A stretch of 63,869 bases of DNA, taken from IMG/VR virus record IMGVR_UViG_3300033153_003795, positions 1 to 63,869 of that record; one strand, given 5' to 3'. Under the pieces are notes generated by a model, which worked only from the letters and a program-made list of their open reading frames with translations, did no database searches and was not told where the DNA came from. This DNA comes from a virus. Taxonomy: Duplodnaviria; Caudoviricetes. The position numbers were made by a program, and so were the translations under genes. Positions 1 through 7,095 of this stretch are shown one piece after another (position 1 is the first letter of the stretch; every line of letters starts with the position of its first letter).

Positions 1-125
1 CGATTCCCTACCAGTTCTAAGCCCCTACCTTGCGTATGAGCCAGCCTTGTTTAGACTAGCAATTAGTTCCAACTATAGTATCTGGACCTTGATCGTATGG
101 ATCTTCATATTCATCAAATTGGTTT

Positions 126-383
126 TTAATCTGATTCATTGGTAGCTCCTGTATTTGGTTTAGTACCATTTAGTCTGTCTAGTACATCATTAATATTAGG
201 TATATCCCCTAATTCTTCAACTTCTTTATTGATTTCGATAATTTTCTTAGCAACTGGAACACCAGATTCTGCTGAATTTACTTTCATATCTCTTTCGATA
301 TCTTCTGACTTTTGTTTAATCGGTTTACGGAACCAGTATATTAATAGTAATACAATAATTCCTGCTGTGAATGATAATTCCAT
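126..383 (-). CDS. Small early membrane-anchored protein (N-terminal TM helix)
   Basis: 85 aa; hydrophobic N-terminus followed by RKP; start overlaps the upstream stop (TAATG). Confidence 0.7.
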   Translation of the reverse strand: MELSFTAGIIVLLLIYWFRKPIKQKSEDIERDMKVNSAESGVPVAKKIIEINKEVEELGDIPNINDVLDRLNGTKPNTGATNESD

Positions 384-610
384 TAACTGTCCCTTTTGTT
401 TATTTCTTTAACGATACTATCGCCTAACTCTTCTAATTCAACGGCTTCAGTAACACTTACACCTTTGTCTAATATTTGCTTAGCTTCTTCAGCTGTTACA
501 TTATCGGTTAATGCATTTGCTGCGTTTGATGCTAATGTTCCCATTTTAACCACTGTTTCGGTTAATGCTATGTATAACTCTTTTACTGTCATATCCTCTA
601 AATTTTTCAT
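383..610 (-). CDS. Hypothetical early protein
   Basis: 75 aa helical ORF; AAGGA RBS upstream. Confidence 0.7.
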   Translation of the reverse strand: MKNLEDMTVKELYIALTETVVKMGTLASNAANALTDNVTAEEAKQILDKGVSVTEAVELEELGDSIVKEINKRDS

Positions 611-789
611 TTAGTGTTTCCTTTGTATTTAGTCTTTATACGCTCTATTGAACGCATAATAAAATAAATAAACTTAGACAGGTTCTATCGATGATAATAT
701 TCGTGACACAAAAGCAAAGGTTGTGAGGAGAGAGGACTGGTAAAAGTCTTGTAGGTTCTATCGAGGGTGTGAAAGGTGTGAAGGTGTGA

Positions 790-826
790 AAAAAATAAAA
801 GGGTAGACTAAGCCGAAGCTTAGCCA
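790..826 (-). terminator. Intrinsic terminator
   Basis: Minus strand GGCTAAGC-TTCG-GCTTAGTC followed by CCCTTTTATTTTTTT. Confidence 0.7.
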
Positions 827-887
827 ATCAAACTGAGATGAACGCGATACATCTGTTTGGTTCTGATATCAAAAACAATTGTATACA

Positions 888-1148
888 TTAGTTAGCTTCT
901 GTAGTTGGAGTAGGTTTACGACCGTCGAATAGGAATGCGTCCATATCATCTCTAGTTATAGCAACAGCTTCATCTTGGATTAGAGCTTGAACTTCTTTAG
1001 CAGTATGGATGTCTGCTTTAGCTACTGTAACAAGGACTTCTCTTGCTTTAGATTCAGAAGCGTTTTCAGAGACGTGAGCCCAAATGCGGATAGTTTTACG
1101 AAGAATCCATAGTACTGATACTATAATGAATGCAATAAGGAACTCCAT
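888..1148 (-). CDS. Small early membrane-anchored protein, possible paralog of 126..383
   Basis: 86 aa; N-terminal TM followed by RK; similar length and P/T-rich tail. Confidence 0.7.
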   Translation of the reverse strand: MEFLIAFIIVSVLWILRKTIRIWAHVSENASESKAREVLVTVAKADIHTAKEVQALIQDEAVAITRDDMDAFLFDGRKPTPTTEAN

Positions 1149-1150
1149 AG

Positions 1151-1513
1151 TTATATCTTTTTTACAGCAGTAGCAAGGTTAAACGCTGTCATTGGTGGTC
1201 TTAGTGGGTCTAGTACAAGTTGAAGCCATTTACCCTCGTTCTCAAGGTCTTTTACTCTACCAACAGCTACTAATGCTTTCATTGCATTTACTGGGATGTA
1301 GGCAAAAGCACCGTCTTGTACAGGTACACTAGCTTGATACTGCTGAACTTGGTCATTGTTTGTACTAACTACAGCTTTGTTATTCTCATCATAGAAGACT
1401 TTCAATAGTACTGCGTTGTTTACGATATCTTCTTGCACTAGGTTTTGAATCCAAATTGTATCGTGGACTAGGCCTTTGCTTGTTTTATAAGTGATTGTTG
1501 CTCTTCTTCTCAT
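1151..1513 (-). CDS. Hypothetical early protein
   Basis: 120 aa; AAGGA RBS; first gene of the leftward operon. Confidence 0.7.
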   Translation of the reverse strand: MRRRATITYKTSKGLVHDTIWIQNLVQEDIVNNAVLLKVFYDENNKAVVSTNNDQVQQYQASVPVQDGAFAYIPVNAMKALVAVGRVKDLENEGKWLQLVLDPLRPPMTAFNLATAVKKI

Positions 1514-1733
1514 AGTATATCCTTTAGGGTTGTTGTAGTACTATATAGATATAATACTCATTACACAAGAGCCTATGGTTAAGCGTAAGGTATCTAAGTT
1601 ATGGTCAAGAATAAAGATAGTTAGAATGGTATAGGGGGGGTGTACAATGGATGGTAGTCAGATTTAGGTAGTATTGACAATTCGGGAAAAAATTTAAAAA
1701 TTACCAACATAAGTTTAAGCTTCATTTAAAGAT

Positions 1734-1851
1734 TTGTCGGAAGATACCACTCCTATATAAATAATGTAATATACAAAAACTTGTCGGAAAACGTACAACT
1801 TTTATTAATATTGTCGGAATCTGTACAACATAATTGTCGGAAAACGTACAA
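1734..1851. repeat. Four TTGTCGGAA repeats, three extended to TTGT-N10-ACAA
   Basis: Copies start at 1734, 1781, 1811 and 1834. Confidence 0.85.
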
Positions 1852-1862
1852 GTCAAGACACG

Positions 1863-1894
1863 TAAGTATACTTTAAGTACTAATTAGGTATACT
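1863..1894 (+). promoter_or_regulatory. Host sigma70-type promoter
   Basis: TAAG..TTAAG..TATACT (1889-1894) upstream of the AAGGA RBS. Confidence 0.55.
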
Positions 1895-1911
1895 TTTACA
1901 AAGGATAATAT

Positions 1912-2211
1912 ATGTCAGCAATGAAAATTACAGATTCTGTAAAACACGAACTAGATAAGTTAAAACAACTAACAGGGCTAAAATCTTACAGCAGTGTTGT
2001 AGCTTTATTGGTAGAAAAGGAAACATACAAGTACTGCTGGACTGTAGATGGCTATGCGGATATAGGAATGAACTTACAACTAGATGACGGAGTATACCAA
2101 ATAATAGATATGACAGAAGAGTTAGTATACGCTAGAAAAGGGAGTGTAGTTACAGAATTCCATAAACGAGGTAAAGTGGCGTGGAAAGCAAGGATTATAA
2201 ATGCAAAATAA
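1912..2211 (+). CDS. RHH/CopG-like DNA-binding protein with extra C-terminal domain
   Basis: N-terminus MKITDSVKHELDKLK...SYSSVVALLVE fits a ribbon-helix-helix pattern. Confidence 0.5.
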   Translation: MSAMKITDSVKHELDKLKQLTGLKSYSSVVALLVEKETYKYCWTVDGYADIGMNLQLDDGVYQIIDMTEELVYARKGSVVTEFHKRGKVAWKARIINAK

Positions 2212-2950
2212 ATTTATTAGCGAGGTGTACAGTGTAGACCCGACTACTATACAGTTTAATGATGTGTATGTAGAAAAGAATAAGCACCATACAGAAGCAC
2301 AGTACCGAGCTACTAAGATGTTAATAGAAGAGCAAGGTCAAACTAAGCCTATATACATGTTAAACAACAAATGTGCTGATGGGCGACATAGGACTAAGAT
2401 AGCAATAGAGTTAGGCAGAGAAGTATTATGCGTAGATATTAATCCTAACCTTACAGCCGAAGAGATTACAATACTATGTAATGAAGAAGTACTAAGCGGT
2501 AGAGACTATAATATTAGTCAAAGGGCTATATGGGCTTTAAGAGAACTTGTACTAGGGCTAGGGATGAGTATGTCGAAAGCTGCGGAGATGTCTAAAGTAG
2601 ATAGAAGAATGGTCAGTTACGCTAGTACTATCAGAGGTTTAGGTAAAGATGACTTACTAGATATACTAATGAAAGGCGAAAGAGTTCAGTTAGATAGTAT
2701 GATACGTCCGTCATCATCACTAGAGGTAATATGCAAGAACGTAAAAGCGGAAGTAGAAAAAGTAGTAGAAGTAGATGATAGTGAACGTATACATTTTAAC
2801 CCTGAAGCAGTTATTAAAACTGAAAAAGGAAAAGCATGGTATTATGAGCACATCAGAAGTAGAAATATACCAGAAAACTGGATAGAGGTGCGAATGGACT
2901 ATATGGAACTCGCTAATTTAAAATATAGATTAGATAAGGAAGAAGAATGA
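2201..2950 (+). CDS. ParB/Srx-like N-terminal domain protein with HTH
   Basis: GQTKPI...DGRHR motif; later MSKAAEMSKVDRRMV helix-turn-helix. Confidence 0.65.
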   Translation: MQNKFISEVYSVDPTTIQFNDVYVEKNKHHTEAQYRATKMLIEEQGQTKPIYMLNNKCADGRHRTKIAIELGREVLCVDINPNLTAEEITILCNEEVLSGRDYNISQRAIWALRELVLGLGMSMSKAAEMSKVDRRMVSYASTIRGLGKDDLLDILMKGERVQLDSMIRPSSSLEVICKNVKAEVEKVVEVDDSERIHFNPEAVIKTEKGKAWYYEHIRSRNIPENWIEVRMDYMELANLKYRLDKEEE

Positions 2951-3201
2951 ACTACATAGACACTAAACCAGCACGATTATGTGCAGTATGTGGACATAGC
3001 AATGAAGTAGGTAGTGATGCGTGTAAAGGATGTAGTGCAGTATTCACATTAAGCGCGATAAGCAAGTCTATACACAAAAATCTAGGTTTAGACAAACCGT
3101 TAAACGGTGTATATAGCACTAGTTGTCTTAGAGAACAATACACAGATCCTGCACAAGCAAGTAGTGTATACTGCACTTGCCCTAAATGTATAATTACATA
3201 A
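2947..3201 (+). CDS. Zinc-ribbon protein
   Basis: CxxC-x10-CxxC plus C-terminal CTCPKC. Confidence 0.55.
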   Translation: MNYIDTKPARLCAVCGHSNEVGSDACKGCSAVFTLSAISKSIHKNLGLDKPLNGVYSTSCLREQYTDPAQASSVYCTCPKCIIT

Positions 3202-3206
3202 GGAGT

Positions 3207-3461
3207 AGAATGACAACTAATAGGATAGTATTTACTTACTTAGACGGTACAGAGCAGATAATAAAAAACGAGATGTTTAAAGGTTTACGTGACAAAAATG
3301 GTTATAGACCTGTAAAAGCAGTAGTGTCAGCAACTATAGACGATAAGTCTTTGCGACATGTAATACACGCGTTATCTGCAAATCACAAACATAACCCAAC
3401 CGTAGTAGACACTAAAGGTAACATACTTTATAAGAGAGTTGATTATGATACACGAAACTAA
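3207..3461 (+). CDS. Hypothetical protein
   Basis: In-frame part of ORF 3186..3461; AAGGAG RBS precedes the ATG near 3210. Confidence 0.55.
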   Translation, partial: RMTTNRIVFTYLDGTEQIIKNEMFKGLRDKNGYRPVKAVVSATIDDKSLRHVIHALSANHKHNPTVVDTKGNILYKRVDYDTRN

Positions 3462-3630
3462 TCCGATAATCTGGTTAATACATAAACTTAGAGTAAACAA
3501 TGAATTACCTGTAGATAAACCTACTAGTTTACCTAAATGTCCGATAGACAAAGAACCGTGTGCTCACTACGATAGCCCGTTGTGTAATAACTTTAATTGT
3601 GACATAGTCACCATGAGAAATAGGATATAA
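3439..3630 (+). CDS. Small Cys-rich hypothetical protein
   Basis: 63 aa ORF coupled to both neighbours. Confidence 0.5.
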   Translation: MIMIHETNPIIWLIHKLRVNNELPVDKPTSLPKCPIDKEPCAHYDSPLCNNFNCDIVTMRNRI

Positions 3631-4725
3631 ATGGCATTTCTAAAAACAGATAAGAGTAAAATAAAAAAACCTTATAAGCTAAGCAGGAAAGGTACTAACC
3701 ATGCACCAGGAGCACAACAACGGCTGTACCTAATTGAGTTTAGAGATGATAGTGGATACTACATAAAGTGCGGAAAGGCTAGTGGTAGTAGTTGTGGAGA
3801 AAGACTATCCTGTATAATAGAAAGCTACTTTAATGCCAGTGGAGGATGTTGTCCTTATGCTAAAGTCCTTAGAGACGTAGAGGTAACTGATGTATTTAAA
3901 CGAGAAACAGAATTTCACCACAACTTTAAGAATAGACGTCATTACCCTACGCATAGTTTTTCTGGGTACACAGAAATGTTTGCTATAACTAAGGAAGAGG
4001 CATTAGTAGCGTTTGATGAAATCGTGGGTAAGCAGTATAATAGAGCTACCACCAAAAAGTGCTACACATGTAGTAGAACTAAAAGTACAATAGAGTTTCA
4101 CACAAACAAAGCCAAAAAAGACGGCTTAAACCACGATTGCAAAGAGTGTACACTACATAAGCAGCGTAGTTATAGCGCATTACCGTACCGTATGTATTCT
4201 AATCAAATAGAACACTCCAAAACTAGGGGTCACCCTAGACCAGAGTACACCCGTCAAGAGTTTAAGTTATGGGTAACAACACAAGGTAAGTACAATAAAC
4301 TATATGAGCAGTATAAAGCTAGTGACTACGATAAACGACTAGTTCCATCGGTAGACAGACTAGATCCTATGCAAGGATACAACTTCAGTAACATAGAACT
4401 AGTAACTTTCATAGAGAATATGAAACGTAATGGTGATGTGCAGAAAAAAGTATCCGGTAAACCTGTGATAGCTATAGATAAACATTCTGGGAAAGCTGTA
4501 GCAGAATTTCAGACCCAGAATGAGTGCGCTAAAGTACTAAAGTTGTGCACAAAAAAGATATGCTCTAAAGTGGATAAAGTTTTGAGTTATGGGTGGATGG
4601 CTACAATAGGAGACTATCAACTAGTTAGTAAGCATAACGAGAATAATTTTATGCGTAATGGTTGGCTAAAACCTAGGTATAGGTATAAAAGGAAAGACGA
4701 TGTTCCTGAAAATAACGAGGCCTGA
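3631..4725 (+). CDS. Composite endonuclease: GIY-YIG/T5orf172-like + Zn finger + HNH-like + NUMOD1-like HTH
   Basis: LYLI..YIKCG..ETEFH..GYTEMF; KKCYTC..K..EF..DGL...CKEC; PSVDRLD..GY..NI.LV...EN; C-terminal KPV/EF..QNECAK. Confidence 0.65.
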   Translation: MAFLKTDKSKIKKPYKLSRKGTNHAPGAQQRLYLIEFRDDSGYYIKCGKASGSSCGERLSCIIESYFNASGGCCPYAKVLRDVEVTDVFKRETEFHHNFKNRRHYPTHSFSGYTEMFAITKEEALVAFDEIVGKQYNRATTKKCYTCSRTKSTIEFHTNKAKKDGLNHDCKECTLHKQRSYSALPYRMYSNQIEHSKTRGHPRPEYTRQEFKLWVTTQGKYNKLYEQYKASDYDKRLVPSVDRLDPMQGYNFSNIELVTFIENMKRNGDVQKKVSGKPVIAIDKHSGKAVAEFQTQNECAKVLKLCTKKICSKVDKVLSYGWMATIGDYQLVSKHNENNFMRNGWLKPRYRYKRKDDVPENNEA

Positions 4726-4900
4726 ACCTGAACAAGCCGTACTAGAGAAGCAATTAAAGCTACTAGATGGGCGGAATGATGGTGCAGATTGGATGTATCT
4801 TACTAGTGAGCTGGCTAGGTACAATATACAGCGTATTAAGCTAGTAGAACAGATAAGAACTATGGACGACTATTGGGTAGAACCCGAAAAGCCTACTTAG
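4700..4900 (+). CDS. Hypothetical protein
   Basis: 66 aa; AAAGGA RBS. Confidence 0.55.
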   Translation: MFLKITRPEPEQAVLEKQLKLLDGRNDGADWMYLTSELARYNIQRIKLVEQIRTMDDYWVEPEKPT

Positions 4901-4907
4901 TAGGTAG

Positions 4908-4941
4908 TTTAAGTTCTATTTAATATAAATGACGTTATACT
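4908..4941 (+). promoter_or_regulatory. Promoter for the leader and tRNA array
   Basis: TTTAAG..TTTAA..TATACT (4936-4941). Confidence 0.5.
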
Positions 4942-4972
4942 GTCATTACAACTACATAAAAGGAAACACAGC

Positions 4973-5095
4973 ATGTTATCAACTAACTGGTCTACATCAT
5001 CGTTATCAATGTTAACGCATAGATATAATAATGTAGATAGCTGTGGCTTCCGTAGTATTCTTGGAAACAAGATACAGGAACCTGCCACTAGGTAG
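4973..5095 (+). CDS. 40-aa leader peptide upstream of the tRNA array (not in the ORF track)
   Basis: AAAGGA RBS; MLSTNWSTSSLSMLTHRYNNVDSCGFRSILGNKIQEPATR*. Confidence 0.55.
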   Translation: MLSTNWSTSSLSMLTHRYNNVDSCGFRSILGNKIQEPATR

Positions 5096-5160
5096 CTCTC
5101 TTTCCCGGAGAGTTACTGAAAAGTAGCTTTCTGGAAACCCACTTCACAAAACTACTTTTC
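5091..5160 (+). promoter_or_regulatory. Attenuator-like alternative hairpins
   Basis: 5092-5100 pairs with 5108-5116; 5101-5117 pairs with 5122-5137 (GAAA loop); 5118-5126 is the exact complement of 5152-5160. Confidence 0.55.
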
Positions 5161-5200
5161 ATAACAATATAGTTCGAGAGAACTTTAAATATCAACTCAT

Positions 5201-5276
5201 GGGGTACTAGCTCAATCGGGAGAGCACTTGGTTTGCAACTAAGAGGTACGGGGATCGTAACCCCGGTATTCCACCA
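5201..5276 (+). tRNA. tRNA-Ala(UGC)
   Basis: Cloverleaf, G3:U70, encoded CCA; T-loop ATCGTAA. Confidence 0.9.
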
Positions 5277-5281
5277 ATAAC

Positions 5282-5358
5282 GGGCTTGTAGCTTAATAGG
5301 TTAAAGCCTTCCGCTCATAACGGAACAGATTTAGGTTCGATTCCTAATGAGCCCACCA
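5282..5358 (+). tRNA. tRNA-Ile2/Met(CAU)
   Basis: Cloverleaf, CAT anticodon, GGGCTTG acceptor typical of Ile2, CCA. Confidence 0.85.
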
Positions 5359-5360
5359 AA

Positions 5361-5431
5361 CGGATATGTCAAGGTGACAGTAGTTCCTCATAAGAACTAA
5401 TAGTCTGGCTCGATTCCAGAATATCCGACCA
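5361..5431 (+). tRNA. tRNA-Met(CAU) with truncated D-arm
   Basis: CGGATAT/ATATCCG acceptor, CAT anticodon, T-arm, CCA; D-arm only GTC-AAGGT-GAC. Confidence 0.75.
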
Positions 5432-5434
5432 TAT

Positions 5435-5510
5435 ATGGGTGAAGTGTTGATGGAAACACGCGGCGTTTGGGACGCTGAGATTGAGGGTTCGACCCCCTCG
5501 ACCCGTACCA
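5435..5510 (+). tRNA. tRNA-Pro(UGG)
   Basis: Anticodon arm CGGCG-TTTGGGA-CGCTG, TTCGA T-loop, CCA. Confidence 0.85.
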
Positions 5511-5584
5511 GCCCGGTTAGTTCAATGGTAGAACACCAGTGTTACATACTGAAGACAGAGGCTCGAACCCTCTACTGGGTACCA
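5511..5584 (+). tRNA. tRNA-Val(UAC)
   Basis: Cloverleaf, TAC anticodon, CCA. Confidence 0.85.
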
Positions 5585-5590
5585 AAACAA

Positions 5591-5667
5591 AGCTGAGTGA
5601 TGGAATTGGCATACATACTAGATTTAGAATCTAGGTTTTGAGGGTTCAAGTCCCTCCTTGGCTACCA
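5591..5667 (+). tRNA. tRNA-Leu(UAG), short variable loop
   Basis: CTAGA-TTTAGAA-TCTAG anticodon arm, CCA. Confidence 0.85.
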
Positions 5668-5668
5668 T

Positions 5669-5744
5669 GCCCAATAAGCTAATCAGGTGAAAGCGTCGGT
5701 GTGAAGTACCGAAGAGCTAGGATCAATACCTAGATTGGGCACCA
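5669..5744 (+). tRNA. tRNA-Phe(GAA)
   Basis: TCGGT-GTGAAGT-ACCGA arm, GCCCAAT/ATTGGGC acceptor, CCA. Confidence 0.85.
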
Positions 5745-5959
5745 TAGAATTTAATAAGCATTTTGTATCTTAACGAATGTTTACAGATTTTATATATTTT
5801 AGCGAGAAAATATATTGGTACTAGTAAGATAAGGTAATCAGCGCCTTCTAGGTCGAAAGATAAGCGGGAACCTAAGTGCAGAGAATGATATGATTTCTCT
5901 GTTTAAATAACAGTCACTATATAGTATGCCCCTTTCGGCCTTGGAACTGAGATGTTCTA
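5745..5959 (+). ncRNA. Putative structured ncRNA inside the tRNA array
   Basis: Several hand-folded stems, including 5846-5859 with 5932-5946; ends complementary; no credible ORF. Confidence 0.5.
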
Positions 5960-5971
5960 CTATGTAAATAT

Positions 5972-6049
5972 GCTCCCTTGACCCAACTGGCAGAGGTGAC
6001 GGGCTTAAAACTCGTTTACGTATCGGTTCAAATCCGATAGGGAGTACCA
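5972..6049 (+). tRNA. tRNA-Leu(UAA), short variable loop
   Basis: ACGGG-CTTAAAA-CTCGT arm, CCA. Confidence 0.85.
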
Positions 6050-6052
6050 AAT

Positions 6053-6128
6053 CTTCACGAAGCACAAACGGTCGTGCAACGGATTCCAAACCCGTAGGTT
6101 GTAGGTTCGATCCCTATCGTGTTGGCCA
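6053..6128 (+). tRNA. tRNA-Trp(CCA)
   Basis: CCA anticodon, G73, CCA end; two U-U mismatches in the acceptor stem. Confidence 0.8.
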
Positions 6129-6140
6129 AAGAAGGAAATT

Positions 6141-6236
6141 ATGAGAGATAAAGATAATAGGAAGATTACACAATCAAAGAAATCCTATAATAGAAAGAAA
6201 ATTAAAAAGGTGTGTGTCGGTAGCCCAATTGGTTAG
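6141..6236 (+). CDS. 31-aa basic minigene with ArfA-like motif, running into tRNA-His
   Basis: AAGGA RBS at 6132-6136; MRDKDNRKITQSKKSYNRKKIKKVCVGSPIG*. Confidence 0.45.
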   Translation: MRDKDNRKITQSKKSYNRKKIKKVCVGSPIG

Positions 6237-6291
6237 AGGCAGGTGGTTGTGATCCATCTTGTTGTGAGTTCGAGCCTCACCCGTCACCCCA
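6214..6291 (+). tRNA. tRNA-His(GUG)
   Basis: GTG anticodon, C73, CCA; position -1 is T, not G. Confidence 0.85.
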
Positions 6292-6292
6292 T

Positions 6293-6367
6293 ACTCTGTT
6301 AGCTAAATGTAAAGCACTGGACTGCAAACCCAGAGATTTATCGGTTCAAGCCCGATACAGAGTTCCA
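6293..6367 (+). tRNA. tRNA-Cys(GCA)
   Basis: GCA anticodon, U73, CCA. Confidence 0.85.
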
Positions 6368-6371
6368 ATAT

Positions 6372-6447
6372 GCCGTCGTAATTCAACTGGATGAAATTCG
6401 TGCTTCTAACGCGAAAGTTGGGGGTTCGAATCCCTCCGATGGTGCCA
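6372..6447 (+). tRNA. tRNA-Arg(UCU)
   Basis: TCT anticodon, TTCGAAT T-loop, CCA. Confidence 0.85.
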
Positions 6448-6449
6448 AT

Positions 6450-6521
6450 GCCCTTGCTTGAGGATAAGATTCCGGCCTTCGAAGCTGGTAATTGAAGTTT
6501 CGATTACTTCCAAGGGCTCCA
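6450..6521 (+). tRNA. tRNA-Arg(UCG) with truncated D-arm
   Basis: GCCCTTG/CAAGGGC acceptor, CCGGC-CTTCGAA-GCTGG arm, CCA. Confidence 0.75.
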
Positions 6522-6552
6522 AAAATAAACAAAAATAATAGAGGAACTACAC

Positions 6553-6999
6553 ATGAATACATTTGACATAGACTACATTAAAACATTTATCGCTGCTCAT
6601 GAGGATAGTAAAGTGTATTTAGGCGTAGATTCTCAAAGAGCAAAGAAAGATAAAATAAAATTTGCGACGGTTGTTATTATACATTATAATGGGTGTAATG
6701 GAGCTCGCGTATTTCATGATATTACTTACGATAAGATTGCAGATGCCAAACTTGGTCGACCATTTAATCGTATGATGAAAGAGGTACAACTAGTTACTGA
6801 ACTATACACTAAGCTAGAAGACGTGTTAATTGATAGAGAGTTTGAAATTCACCTTGACATAGCTGAGGATCCCTGTATGGGGTCAAGTGTAGCTGCTGGA
6901 GCAGGAAAAGGATATATATACGGAATGGTTGGAATTCCTCCAGTAATGAAACCTGATGCGTGGGCAGCAAGTTGTTGTGCAGATAAGTATAGTAAATGA
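6553..6999 (+). CDS. RNase H-like YkuK/DUF458 family protein
   Basis: VYLGVDSQ...EIHLDI...G.S...GYI.G...KPDAWAAS..AD motifs. Confidence 0.8.
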   Translation: MNTFDIDYIKTFIAAHEDSKVYLGVDSQRAKKDKIKFATVVIIHYNGCNGARVFHDITYDKIADAKLGRPFNRMMKEVQLVTELYTKLEDVLIDREFEIHLDIAEDPCMGSSVAAGAGKGYIYGMVGIPPVMKPDAWAASCCADKYSK

Positions 7000-7008
7000 G
7001 TATTATGG

Positions 7009-7095
7009 TATAATACTATAATGAGTTGATGGGATTAATTACCCCTCTAAGGACTTGACCCTTTAGGTAGCCTCACTTCAATAAAAGGTCAAGAA
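7009..7095 (+). promoter_or_regulatory. Promoter plus structured 5' leader sequestering the RBS of the endonuclease gene
   Basis: TGGTATAAT (-10 at 7009-7014); CTTGACC (7054-7060) complementary to GGTCAAG just before the GTG start. Confidence 0.55.

Noticed and set aside
805-826. N4-type vRNAP hairpin promoter
   Set aside because: Four-base UUCG loop with a downstream U-tract fits a terminator; no convincing GNA-triloop hairpin was found in the early region
645-827. 60-aa minus-strand ORF
   Set aside because: Runs through a terminator and repeats; no RBS
1734-1851. CRISPR mini-array
   Set aside because: Repeats are 9-18 bp with short irregular spacers, and there are no cas genes
5745-5971. 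Group I intron, tmRNA or RNase P RNA
   Set aside because: GCGGGAA and AATCAGC words are in the wrong order with no R/S elements; no tRNA-like ends or GGAAAGUC motif
5838-6089. 83-aa minus-strand ORF
   Set aside because: Antisense to tRNA genes; no RBS
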